Source of the DNA: Vicugna vicugna
Lineage: Eukaryota
Direction: 5' to 3'
Length of the DNA stretch: 64,000 nucleotides
Assembly (NCBI GenBank): GCA_013265495.1
Contig: MU057947.1
Coordinates: forward strand, 1,126,048 to 1,190,047
Of the stretch, positions 24,029 to 36,299 are shown one piece after another. A program made the translations under genes and the position numbers. Below the pieces are notes generated by a model. That model was not told where the DNA came from. It ran no database searches and saw nothing but the letters and a program-made list of their open reading frames with translations. Position 1 is the first letter of the stretch. Every line of letters starts with the position of its first letter.

Positions 24029-24464
24029 TGTGAGTGAGAAATACTGCAGCCATGTCAGTAAACAAGGACGCTGTGGCCAGCAAGTCATCAGCCGCTGCCC
24101 CCGCCCTACAGTGCGCGGAGGGGACTCAGGACGGGAACGCACGGGACACTGGCCCCAGACAGCGCAGGTGCACGCCAAAGGAGTGATTTCAGTGAGCCCA
24201 GACTCTTGCATCTTCCCCAAAACAGAAAAGCACTAAATTCCTTGACTTGAGACGTCTGGTTTTCTTTAATTAACTGTCATCTTTTGACGTTCCGACTGCC
24301 TGGTCTTTGTGGTAAGAGCTCCTCTGTATCCTGGCTCCTCCTGGCCTCTCTGGAGCCGTTATTCAGAGTGATCTGAGATGCCAGCTCCCAGGTTCAAATC
24401 CTTAGAAAGTCCGCGGAGTGAAACATACCTCTCAGTTTTCAGGTTGTGCACCTTTTAGTCGACA
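24029..24464 (+). mobile_element. ERV1-type solo LTR, local family copy 2
   Basis: 'tgtgagtgagaaatactgc' ... 'tagtcgaca'; flanks actg/gctg (3 of 4 match). Confidence 0.85.
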
Positions 24465-26099
24465 GCTGCTGGTGTACCCCTCCTGGGGAGGGGCCCTGGT
24501 GCTCCGGACCCGCACAGCCCCTCCTGCTGTCTTCTCTCTGGTGAGGCAGGCCCCACCTCCCGTCCCAAGACAGGGCGAGGACTCCTGGCTCCCAGCCCCT
24601 CGCAGGATCGGTGATCTGAGTGTCATCGCCTCGTCTCTGTCACTCTCGACCCTGCGGGTTGGGGCTGTTTTAGGGGAGAGACTGCCGGCTGCCACGCCGC
24701 ATGCACTGGTGAAGAGCCTCGATAGAGCTGCAGGACGAATAGTGGCCCCTGAGAGCTGACACCAGACTCTCAGGAAGGCGTCCAAGCCACCGTGGGGTGC
24801 TGGTCGCTCCCCCAGTCCAGGCTGCTGGCTCGCTAACTGCACCAGCCAGCTCTTTCCGGGGGGGACCCCGAGGGGACCTGGTGGGCTTCTGATGACTTGT
24901 GAAACACAACCACAGGCAGGAGAGGGGAGATGTTCGTGGCTTGGCTGTCATTTTCAAACCACAGAGATGTTCTCTCTGAGTTTGTTTTGGTGGTGGTGGT
25001 GAATGAAGACGCTCAGGGATGCAGATGCAGTCGGATTCATTTTGGTGAGGGGGGACACCTGTGAGGCCAGGGCCTCTGATGTACCTATCACATTGTGCTT
25101 TAAAACAGACCCCGTGTTCAGTGACTGCAGGGCCCTGCAGCCTGCGGGCCTTCCCAGAGACTTTAAAATGTGATGTGCTTTGGGAATTGCCAGTAGGGTG
25201 AAACGTTGTGCATCTTTTTCTAAGCAGAATTCTTCTTTCGAAGGGTACCTGTGAATAGTCCACAAATCGGGGGGAGCACGGTGCAGCTGCTGAGGCTGGA
25301 GGGCGTGGGAACAAGCCCCAGGCCCCAGCAGGTGCTGTCGCTGCAAAGTTAACTTCGTGCCCGGAGGTCTCCGTGGGGGAGCTCGTGGTTGCACAGCTCC
25401 CGGTCAGTTTGACACCACACCTGCCTCTGCCCCGGGCTCTGTCACACTGTGACTGGCGCCCTGCGTATGCCCCACCGCATGTGAAGGGACGGGAGGGGGG
25501 TGCTGAAACCCACCGGAGTTCCTTCAACCCAGTCTGAACTGTGAAGCTGCCCTTTCAGCACTGCTGGTCTGGAGCAGAGGGCTCCCCTCCCCGCTGTGCC
25601 AGTGGAGGGGGAGGGGCAGTCCGTGCCGCTTGTGTCCAGCCAGGGGTGGGCGCTTGCCCCTGCTCCTGGCAGGACCCACAGACTCTTCCAGCCTTCAGTC
25701 TCCAGGTCAGGGGGAAATCCAGGTCAGAGCTGCTTGCTCCTGCCTCTCTGACCCCCCAGAATTTCGAAATAAAAGGTCTGGTGGACTTGTCCTCTTGGGG
25801 GTCTGACAACTTGGGCATTGGGTCCACCAACTGAACTTTGCAGGATGCTAGGATACGGATCTCAGGTATCCGAGTGAAACATGGCTGCTTGGAGGGGACA
25901 GGGAGGAGAGGTGGCCTGTTCCTAACGGCCTCTTTCAGCTCTGAAGACAGATGACCTGCCGGCGGAGAACCCTGGAGTCGACCAGCCAACCCCACACCCA
26001 GCAAGTCTCCGGAGTCAGAACTCTGCCGTTCTTTCGCAAGAAGGTTGGAAATTTCTCCAGCAAACAAATACTGTTTAGGAGCAAATTCCTAGAAACTTA

Positions 26100-26800
26100 T
26101 AGACTCCCTGTGCCCCTGTATTTCCTGTCGGAGACATTTGACAAGGATGCTTTGGTGACCAGCTCTCTGCATCCTGTGTCCCGAGTTTAACTGATGCTCT
26201 GTCTTGTAGTGTCCTGGGGTTTCTCGTCTGATATTTGTGATCCTTAGTGCCGTTCAGAAAAGTCTATTTAAGTTGAACGTGGGTTTTTGACTTGAGACGT
26301 ATTCCAGTTCCCTTGCAGTTAAAGTGGTTTCCTCCTGAACCGGGCTGAGATCGGTTTTCACGTCTCTGTGCCCTTGTTTACTGGCCTCCAATGAGGCTCT
26401 CTGCAGATGTGAGCGACCCGCTCGTTCCCATTGTTCCGATGTCCTTTAATTTGCACGTGAAGTTTCTGCCTTCCGCGGGCGGCGGCTGGACAGTTCAGGT
26501 GAGTGTCTCGTGACGAGCCCCTCCTTCCGGCTGCATGGGTGTCGCGGTTTGTTTCCCGCGTCAGCCTCCGGAGGTCCATTTCTGTTGCACAGGCTTCCTC
26601 GCTGGCAAGTTTAAAACCCCGACGAATCTCGTTATTCCTTGGAACCCCCAGTCCTTTCTGCTTCTGCAGAGACCTTGGAAGAAGTTGAACGTGGGCAGAG
26701 GAGTTGTCCCCTAGGTGCTGCAAGTTTGCCCCTAATGACGTGTTAGGTTGGCTACGACTTCTGTTTCGTGGCATTCTGTCTGTCGTCATCCTGTGATAAA
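26100..26800 (-). mobile_element. Possible very old, GC-shifted L1 fragment
   Basis: T-rich texture resembling reverse L1 ORF2; no translatable motif confirmed. Confidence 0.3.
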
Positions 26801-28329
26801 CAGCAGGACGAGCAGGTTTTATGTGAGCCGTTCATCGCTCTGCAGACAGGCTCACTCTCCCGCAGCCCTCCTGCGGCTCCAGGCGTTTCCTTTGGCTGAA
26901 ACGTGACACGAGCAGAGCCCTTTTGTGGCCGTGGTGCGTGTGCTGCTCAGTTACTCACTGGACTCGTCAGGTCCTTTCCTTGCTTATTGGGTGCTTTAGT
27001 TAATTGCTGTCTTAACGTCGTTTGCCAGCTTCCAAGCTGACCCCAAGTCCGGTGTCCCCCTAACCCGCCCCCTCTTCTGTGTCTTGCCTCGCTGCGAGGG
27101 CAGGCCGGTCGGCTCTTCCGTTCTCCCGTCTTGAGCGGCCGTCTCGTGCTGCCTGAGCGCTGCAGGTTGACTTGACGTTTCTACCGTAGCTGTTTTTGGT
27201 TGTTTTTTTGAAACCAAATGATTTGACTTACAGGTAATGTCTACATATTAAGTGGTTCACGTCGACTTAAGACATCTGTGAGAGATTTTCATGTCCCCGA
27301 AATAGCCTTATCAGGTTTTTTTCAGGTCTACCTTAGGGGCCTGTGAGTATTTCGACTTCTCCTGATACGAGTGAGAGGTCTGTGATCCGTCGTTCCCCTG
27401 CAGAGCTGGGTGCCGGGTGAAGTGGATCAACCTGTGCTGAGGTCGCCTTGATCCCACTGCTGAGAATGCTAAGCAAAGGCGGTTCAAGAACAGAGCTCTC
27501 ATCATTTCTGCGCTCTTCCCCAGACCCTGTCCCCTTTCATCAGGGACTTCTAGAGGTAATTTTTTTGACACTTGGGTATCCTTCCTTTCCTAGAAATTGG
27601 CGTTGACATTTTCCTGTAAAGACACTGAACTTTGATGCTCTTTATATGAAACTCAGTTGAACTCCTCAGAAAATGCATTCATTTTCTTTTGGCTTATAGG
27701 ATGGGAACACCGAGGTGAGCTTACCAGTTTCTCCATGGAAAGTAGAAACTTGAGATTTCGGAAACGTCAGGGTTGGAAGACCCTTGTTAAGTCCTTTGCT
27801 GGGGCTCAGCAAGGAAATGACCTCTTACTCCTGGCTTATGCGTCTGAAGTGACTTCTTACATGCGCTTGCACGGGGCTCGCGAGGGAGGCGTGCAGACGG
27901 CACGCCAGCGCGGGAGATTCGGGGTCCGTGCCGGGGAGAGACGCTCTTACGAGGATATTTTGGACAGGGGTGTTCGGGAGGAGGCCGTGTTAATGCAGAG
28001 GTTATTTTAAAACAAAAATTGCCGAAGTGTGTGAAAGGTCATTAAGTAAATGCTTTGTTCTGAAACTCTGAATGGTGGTTCCTGGGGCGTCTAGGTCAAC
28101 CTCTTCTCTGATGCCGTGTCTTAACAGAACGTGTGTTAGCAAAAGCGTCCTCTTAAATTGGGCTCCTCGGGGAGGACAGTTCCCTGGCGCCCCCGACTGT
28201 CCCTGGGGGAGCAGCTGGAGTGCCCCCCGGGAAGGAGTCAGCCTGAAGGACCCTCCCAGGCGTCTGGCAGCTCCCAGGTTACAGTCTTAACATTCGTTTT
28301 GGAAGAGTTGCCTGTCCCCGACAGCCCTC

Positions 28330-28400
28330 TGTAGTGGGTGAAGTTGTGTCCCCCCCCAAAAGACATGTTGGGGGCTGGGCTCAAATTCAGGAGATGGGGA
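28330..28400 (+). mobile_element. MLT1 5' fragment
   Basis: 'tgtagtgggtgaagttgtgtccccccc...aaaagacatgttg'. Confidence 0.5.
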
Positions 28401-29739
28401 CCCCCAGGGAGTGGAGGGGCTGGATCCTCAATGCCTCTCCTGCCCTCACTGCCCTTGACCCCGCAGGCCCCGTATCACAAGGGCATCCAAGTGGGGTGCC
28501 CTTGTTTGGAAAGTGAGCACCACCAGCCACTGGGCGTGGGCAGAAAACACCGGAACTTCTGTCAGTACTTCTTCTCTTCAGTCTAGAGGAGTCACATTTG
28601 CTATTTTTGCACGTTCATAACGGACGTTCCATCAGTCAGGAGTCCCAGCAGAAAGAGGTGGGGCACCGCTGTCAGGACACCGGGGGTCCGTGAACAGGAG
28701 CTGTGCTGGATGAGGTGCCCCCGCAGGACCTCTCCACGGCCCTGCCCGGTGTGAGCTGTGAGCCTGCCCTGCCGGCTGGGGTCCTGTGGGACTGGGCACT
28801 GGGAGCCCCGGCCAGCTTTGGGGAGAGGGAGGGGCCAGAGGGTGGGTGGTTCTTCCTTGGGCTCCTTCCCTCCTTCTGTGGGGTCACATGGGTGGCTGAC
28901 CACCCCCACCCCACTCCCGAGGGCCCTGCTTGTCTCTGGGCAGCCTCTCTGCAGGACTCTGCCCACTGGGCTCAAGGTCCACTTCTCCCCTTCCCTCTGG
29001 GCCTTGGGTGGTGACCACACCGCAGCAGCTGACCCTGAGTTACCACGACACCCCCTCATTCCTCTGCGCCCCATTTATGCCCTTATAAATCGTAGGGTTA
29101 CCAGACTCTTACTGAATGGTTCTAATGTGTGAGCCACATGCTTCTTGTCGGGACCCTGTGACAAAGGGACCCTTAAGAAGATGTGATCAGGGTGCAGGGA
29201 AACCACAAGGCAGAGGCAGCGTCCCAGGGCCATCCATCGGGGAGCCGGGGCCAGGTGGAGAAAGCGCCTGGGCCACGGCACCCCAGGGAGGGGAGTCAGT
29301 GCCTGACCTATGCCCTGTCCTCTCTCGCACCTTCCAGGCTCCCTGGACGGCGGGCCAGGTGTTGAGCCAGCAGCAGGGTGGGGCGTGGGCCTGGCAGGAC
29401 TCACGAATGCTGCCCAGCACGTGCGCTGTGCACTAGTCTGGTCATGGGTGTGCTTACCTGACAAAGAAGTACCTGAACGTGCGTTAGGAGGTCATGCTCG
29501 TTTCTCTTGCAGAGGATGGGGGTGAACGATCAAAACATTTTGGAAACCACTTTCAAATATTTGGATCTCAGTACAGAGTGTTGATCATTTATAAGTTGTT
29601 GATAATTAATTGGTGAGGACGCTTGATGCCGTCCAGTGTAGAAATTGGTTGCTTGAAAGCAGTGAAGATGACGTGGGTGCCGCAAGTTGGATGAGATGCA
29701 AAGCCAATGGAATGAGAACCTGTAGTGACAGTCACCACT

Positions 29740-29970
29740 GGGCGAAGACGTTTGCTCCAGGAGGAGGTTGGCTGGGATGATCCAGGTGGAGAGCCTGGGG
29801 GCTCGGACCAGAGTAGTGGCAGTAGGGGTGGGGAGAAGTGGGTGCTTCCTTGGTTCATTTTGGAGGTGGAACCTACAGATTTCAGCTGCTGGTTGGATGT
29901 GAGGTGTGAGTGAGAGGAGTCGAGAGTGACACGGAGGTTCAGCCTGCGCCCTGGGAAGAAAGAGACAGAC
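29740..29970 (-). mobile_element. L2 fragment
   Basis: 'gtagtggcagtaggggtggggagaagtggg', 'ttttggaggtggaacc', 'ttggatgtgaggtgtgag'. Confidence 0.7.
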
Positions 29971-31950
29971 CACCTTCTGCCTGTGGAATGTGTATCTCTC
30001 TGAACTCTACTGTGGCTCGCTGTTGAATTCTTCCCGCAGGGAAGGACCCTCACTTGGCGGTGAGCCCCGGGGACTCGCCCAGGACCTGGGACATGGCCAT
30101 CCTCTAGTGCCCCCTTCTGCAACACTGGGGTCGGGGTGCCACCCTGACCCTTCCTGAAAGGGGCGGGTCTCTGCCCTGTGCGAGTGCCCTCCAGTCCTTG
30201 TGCAAATCTTGCTAAAGGTCTGCTGAGACTTTTGTCTCCAGCAGCCAGACTTCTGTTTGAGGGGCTGCATTGTAACCAGTGACTTGGAGGTGGGCGCCTT
30301 TCAAGGAGCGTGTGATGACCCCGGGGACCCTTCACCGGGTGGGACCGCTGATGGGGCCCTGGGGCCTTCCCGGGGGGAGCTCATGGTGCCCGGTGCCTTG
30401 CTAAGACGGTTTTTTTTAAACAAATGCAGAGCAGCTGAAAGCATGGCTTCCATTTGCGGGGTGCTGCTCCCAGGGCCCCCCAAATAGGGGCTCTTTGGCC
30501 TGCAGTCCTCCCAGGACTCTTGGCCCCGGGGCAGAGCGTGGAGCCGGCCCAGATGCCGGGTGACTGCCCCGCGACCTTGGAGGGCTGCTCTTTCAGCCGG
30601 GCCTTCAGCACTGTGGCTCCGAAGAACAAAAGAATGAAAACAAAAGCAAAACAAAACCCCTAGGAAAGCGATAAGAAGGTCTTAGGAAACTTCCCTGAAA
30701 TGCAAACAGCAGAGGTCGGATTCCCCCAGGAACTAATTAAGGCTTCCTGTTTAAGTGCCAGGCGTCTTCTGAAGCTCATGGACTGGCCTGGGGCCTGCCA
30801 ACTGGCCCTCCTGACCGGCTTTGTCTCTCCTTCCTGACTAATTGCTGTTTAAGCTAAGTGTTGTCAGGTGAATGCTTTCTTAAATCAAATAGCCGGCCGT
30901 CTCCTGGTGCTCTGAGTCCTGCTCACCTTGGGCTGGGAGCTGCTTGGGTTTCTTTTCCCACTTCTGCTCGGGCAGTTTAGCAGCCGCTGGTTGAGAGACG
31001 CTGAATTAATTAAAGAGATAATGGCAGCGCAGAGCAGGGCTGCACATCGAAAATCAGCTCTTAATTGAAAAATGAAATGCATCTTCTCAGCGTCGGAGGT
31101 GGGAGTCAGAACGCTGATGTTTTATTAGCATGGCGTTGGATGTGTAAGACTAGTAACTAGCCGGCGGTCTGGTAGCACCAGGGAGTCGGGAAACCCAGGG
31201 GAGTTTCACCTCCACCGCGGCGAGGCCAGGTGAGCAGCGCACCCTCCTCCTCAGAAGTCTGTGGGGAGCAGCTGCTGGGAGCCGGGCTCCGTCCTGGGGG
31301 CTGAGGTAGCAGAACATGCCACCCCTAGAAGGCCACTTCGGTGTCAGGATTGTTCCTGAGTTGTTTTACAGCTGTGAAAACCCCCTGCCAAGTAATGATG
31401 ACTGTGGGCAGGTAGCCCGGGGCCTCCTGGCCCGTGAGGATTGATACTGTTAACCCCTGTGACACCGCCCGGTGACCGCAGCATCAGCCAGTCAGAGCTG
31501 ATCACAGACCCTGCGACCTCCCTCCTCGCCTGCTCTGCTGATGCCCTTGGGGGAGGTCGGGGTTTCAGGGCCCGGGCCGCCTGTCGTCTTGTACGGTGCC
31601 TTGGCAGTGAGCGCTGTCCTTTCCTTCGCCACGACCCGGGGCAGTAGCTTGGCTCTACCACGCACAGGCGAGTGGACTCGAGTTCGGTAACAGATGTGGG
31701 GTGCGCGGTGGGTGTGCCAGTGCTGTGTCTGAGTGTCTGCGATGCTGAGGAACGTTGTGTGGGGCCCGGATGGGAGAGAGCTCACTCTGCCCACTGGACA
31801 CCAGCCGGCCACCCCAGGCCCCGTTTGCTCAGAGCTCCACCTTCTGTTAAGGCTTGCGGGAGCCCTTTGGGAAACCAGTTGGGAAGGTTCAGGGCAGTGC
31901 CACCTTGTTTGCTGTTGACTCCGGGCAGAAAACTGCTGTCTGCCCGACAC

Positions 31951-32402
31951 AGTGGACAGAGAATGTCGCCAGGCGTATTATAAACAAGGGCTGTTTCGGC
32001 CGCCAAGCCCTCAGCCACTGCAGCCGCCCCGATGGTGCACCCCGAGGGGACTCAGGATGGAGAAGCAGGGCACTGGCCCTCGGAGCTGAGGTGCACGTGG
32101 ATGGGATGATTTCCATGAGCCCCGACTCTTGCCTCTTCAACTCCTGCCTCTTCCCGTACTAAGAAAAGCGCTGAACTCATTAACCTGAGACGCCTGGTTT
32201 TTCTCTGACAGTAATCTTTTAATGTTCCGACTCCCTGGATTTTGTTCCCAAACCCCCAGATATCCTGGCTCCTCCCTCACCTCTTCGGAGCCATCCCTCA
32301 GAGCAACCTGAGAGGCTGCCTCCTGGGCCCGAGTCCTCAGCAAGTCCATGAATGGAACAGGCTTCTCAGCCTTCAGGTGGTGCATTTTCTTTTCAGTCAA
32401 CG
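31951..32402 (+). mobile_element. ERV1-type solo LTR, local family copy 3
   Basis: Shares 'gggactcaggatgg', 'cactggccc', 'agaaaagcgctgaactc', 'tctcagc...ttttcagtcaac' with copies 1 and 2; termini mutated; flanks acac/atgc. Confidence 0.8.
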
Positions 32403-34405
32403 ATGCCCACGCTGGGAGTCCCGAGTGGCTGTTGTCAGCGTTGACGGAGTGTTGCCCACGTCCACGGCTCTCTGAGAGCCCCGTCTCTGCGTGGAGCTGG
32501 GGTGTGGGAGGGGAGTGCCAAGGCCAAGTCCTCATCGCCCAGGCCTGCTCCGCTCATTTGCAGGTGAAGGTGTCCCTGTGTCTTCGGGCTGCTGGCTGGC
32601 TGCACACTGACAAGGGGTGTGACTGCACTGGGGACTCTGCCGCCACTGGTGTTTGGTTAATGGGATGAGTTATAATTTTATACTCTTAAGTATCAGCATC
32701 CATCCAAAATGAGTGCATTAAAAGCAATTAGTGTAGATTATGGATTTGAAATGAGGAAGGAAATATATTAACACGTCTAATTACTGTGTTAATTAGGTGT
32801 CGGTGCCGTGATGTTTCATACCTAAATACGAATGTCAATGAAGCTGTAATTATTCTGTATTTTTTTTGGAATGCACAGTGAATCCCTGCTGTTTTACTCA
32901 AGAGTAAATAGCGGACACTGGCCGAGGCCTCAGGGTCCAAGCCTACCGCTGCCCACCGCTTGCCTGCCAGGTCCTGGGTGACCCAGACAGACACGGTCAA
33001 TGGAAAGCCAGGTGAAGATGGTAGCAGTCAGATCGCGTCAGAGCACACGCTGCCCGTGATGGTGGCTGAGGTTATACAAAGGCTGAGTGTGTACTTAGGA
33101 ACTTCGAGGAATTTGGTGGACTCACATACCTTTTAGTGCCCTGTGCCTCCGATGCCTTGATTACATTTAACATCTTTAGTTTTCCAGGATCACGTCTGCT
33201 CCAAGGCACCAGGAATGGACAGCAGGGGTGACCTGGGGCCCCAGGCCCTCGGAGAAGGGGCTGGGACTGTCCTTGCTGTGCCCCAGGGCAGAGTGACCAG
33301 GTGGAGAGCCCCAGAGCTTCCCCGATCTCAGAACTGGCAGTCTTGTGTTCCGGGAACACTTTCAATCCGAGGAAAACGGAGATGGTTTTTCTAGGACTAT
33401 CCTGGCCCTAAACGTGAAACCCTCTCGCTCGGGGCAAAGCCCCGGGCCGCGCTCCGTCTGGGCTCCAGGCACAGCACCGCAGGTGAGACCCTGCCTTGGC
33501 CTGGGGGACTGACCACTGGAGGGCCACCTGGACTGGACATGTGACTCTTACTTCCTGCCTGCAGAGTGGCTTTCTGCCCGAAAGCCAGGACAAGGGGGAA
33601 ATAAAGCCACGACACTTCGTCTGAGTGTGACTGTTCATGTCATTCTGTCTAACTGTGACCTCCGGCCTTCGGCGGCACCTCTGGGGGCAACGGGACCTCC
33701 ACACCTCAGCGGGCAGGGCTGCGGGCTTCAGCCGATGCTCTGGCTGCTTCCTGCGAGAGCCCCTGAGCCCGGGCCCAGGTTCCCAGTTGGGTGGGAGCCC
33801 TTCGAGCAGGTCTGCCGACTGCTGACCTCTTGTCCAGTGTCCACTCCGCTGTCCTTTGGGCATGTCATTGGATACTGCCCTTCCCGGGGCGTCCACTCAC
33901 CCCGTGGAGCCTGGATTAAGGTGCTCTGAGCTCTCATGAGGAGAGGGCGTGCCACCCAGCAGGGTTTGCAGGCAGGTCCCCCGACCACTCTGAGTCCTGA
34001 GCGAAGGGACAGGAAGCTTAAAAGCGGCTGGAGGTGCTTCCCCTGGGGGGCCCCGGCGTGTCAGTTTCACAGTCCCCGAGTCTCTCTGGAGCTGCCTGGG
34101 TTTCTGTCACTTCTGAGTGTGGTTCCTTGGCTTTTTTTTTTTTTTTTTTTGGATTCTATGAGGTCCTTTCATAGCCTTCGATGAATTCCCTAATATCTTG
34201 AGTTTTCCGGGTTCGTTTAGGTTCTAGTGACCTTAGAATCCTCACGTCTGCAGAAATCGGTACCCAGATTTGCAGCATGTCAGGGTGGGTTGCCGTCTCC
34301 CGAGTCCCCACATCACACCTTTGCAATTGTCTGTGTCCTTCCTTCCCAGCTCCGTCTCCCTGTCACCAGAGAGCCCTGGTGAGGCTGTGAGTTTAAAAGC
34401 TGCTC

Positions 34406-34553
34406 GGGGGCAGGGTGTAGCTCAGGGGTAGAGCACATGATTAGCATGCACGAGGTCCTGGGTTCAATCCCCAGTACTTCCACTAAACAAATAATAGCAA
34501 ATAAATAAATAAACCTAATTACCAACCCCTCCCCCAACCAACCAAGAAAAAAA
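34406..34553 (+). mobile_element. tRNA-derived SINE, camelid vic-1-like
   Basis: A box 'tagctcaggggtagagc', B box 'ggttcaatccc', tail 'aaataaataaataaacctaattacc...ccctccccc' plus A-run; inserted at tttaaaa with an imperfect TSD. Confidence 0.85.
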
Positions 34554-36299
34554 GTTCTGCTGGAATCCAGCAGCCCAAACTCTGAATCTGGTTTTCCGCT
34601 GGCCTCCCTCAGCCCTGCAGATGGTGGAGATGAGAGATTTCCTAAGCGTGACCACGAAACGTTTCTGGTCCACGCCTTGGGTGAGAACCGAGGGCCCGAG
34701 CTGATTGTGCTTCAGGCTGGCTGGTGCACAGAAGCAGCCAGCTCCCCTCCCCCCGTCATATTGTACCTTCAGAGCAGGTATCTCTGTCCCCAGAGCCGAG
34801 CCCCGGGCTGGGGAGCTTGACGAGCCGTTCTGGTATCAGGCCTGCGGACCGCGCCGTTCCCGTCCCAGAATAGGCAGACGTGAGAGTCCGGCTCAGTTTG
34901 ATGAGCAAGTGAAAATGTCCCTCATTTCCCCAGAAGGCAGTTACCTGCCACCTGTTGTCAGTTCCAACTGCTTTTTTATAAACAAACACAGGCTTGAGAG
35001 GACAGCTCTCCGGGCAGGTCTGAGAATCAAGGTGGGAGGGTCTCAGGCCTGTAGTGGGCGGAACCAGCACTTGGCCATTGGGTCCAAAAGTTACCTTCTG
35101 GGAGAGCACCCGGCTGGCCTGGCGCCTCCCCGTGGCCGGCGCTGCCCGTGTGGACCGAGCCCTTCCTCCCCCGGGAGTGTGGGTTCTCGCTTTAACCTGG
35201 TGCACGAGGGCCTCTGTGGCTTCCTGGCTTCTGCCAAGCCCTGAGGGGCAGGAGGGGTCTCGCCCCGGCGAGTGAGTGGGGGGAATGTCTGGACGTGCCC
35301 TGGGGGGCCGGGCTCAGGGCTGTGTAGATGGCATCCTCCCGGGGACACCTTGGGATTGGTGTTTTACCAGAATAGTAACGAGAAGAGAACGCGCGGTCGA
35401 GAGGGAGGCACCGAGAGGCCTCGTCGTCGCTTTAGGTTGCAGGTGACGGACCACGTCCTTAACGGGACGTCGTCCCCGGGGATTATGGGCGCTCCGCCTC
35501 CCCTGTTGTTAGGGAAGGACACTCATTTTCAGTGCTTCGAGCAGCTTCCTGATTGCTCACTGATCCCAGCAACAATGGACAAAAAACCTGTCCTTGCTGA
35601 TTAATTGGAAGTTGGGAAATTATCTCTTCCTTGTCTTTGAGCATTTTATTCACCTTTGAATACTCAGCTCTCAGACCGTGTGAGCGTTATTATGTGTGTC
35701 TGAGCTCAGCTAACTGACATCTGGGAGTGGGCAGAGCTGTCCCGATTCATCTGTAGAGATTCCCGTGTGCAGGGAAGCAGACCCGTGGCTCTTCCTCAGG
35801 GGAGCAGGACGGATGCCCTGCTGCCTTTGAGCAGAGGTGGAGTCCGTATGAGCATCCTTTAGTGGTCACAGGCAGAGGCACAGGGGGCGTAGCAGAGGGG
35901 CCAGAAAGGAGAGCTGCAGGTCCAGGACCTTCCCCGCTCGGGTCCGGCCTGCCGTGCGGGGGCTGCCCTGTGGAGGGGCTGGCGAGGCGGGCACCACGGG
36001 CTCAGGCTGGGGCCAGCTCTCGAGGCCTCGCTCTGTCTTGGCTGATTTGGACGTGCAGCCGTCATGCTGGAAAGTGGGTTGTCAGTTTTATGTGCAAATT
36101 GAACCCTGCCAGACGCATTGGTGGAGATGATTAGAGCTTGGAACCCCTTGTGGGTCTCTTCTCCAGAACAGAGGATTTTTTTCATACGTAAACAGTTACC
36201 CTCCACATCCTCTCTCAGCAAACCTAGATTCCTCTTCACTGAATCTTTTTAAAGCTGAGCAATCCTCAGAGCAACTTAGAAAGAGGTGTAACTGCTGAG

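Noticed and set aside
24670..25527. Longest non-L1 ORF (285 aa) and similar ones (23508..24236, 29589..30335, 3954..4634, 22693..23343)
   Set aside because: No recognisable domain, Pro/Gly/Arg/Ala-rich composition expected from GC-rich DNA, often non-ATG starts, and several run through LTR or L2 sequence.
19392..32402. Provirus bounded by pairs of the three related LTRs (spacings ~4 and ~7.5 kb)
   Set aside because: Each LTR has its own apparent TSD, there is no primer-binding site or gag/pol/env remnant between them, and older repeats lie in the intervals.
34406..34480. tRNA gene
   Set aside because: The tRNA-like head runs into a SINE tail and A-run and lacks a proper acceptor stem.
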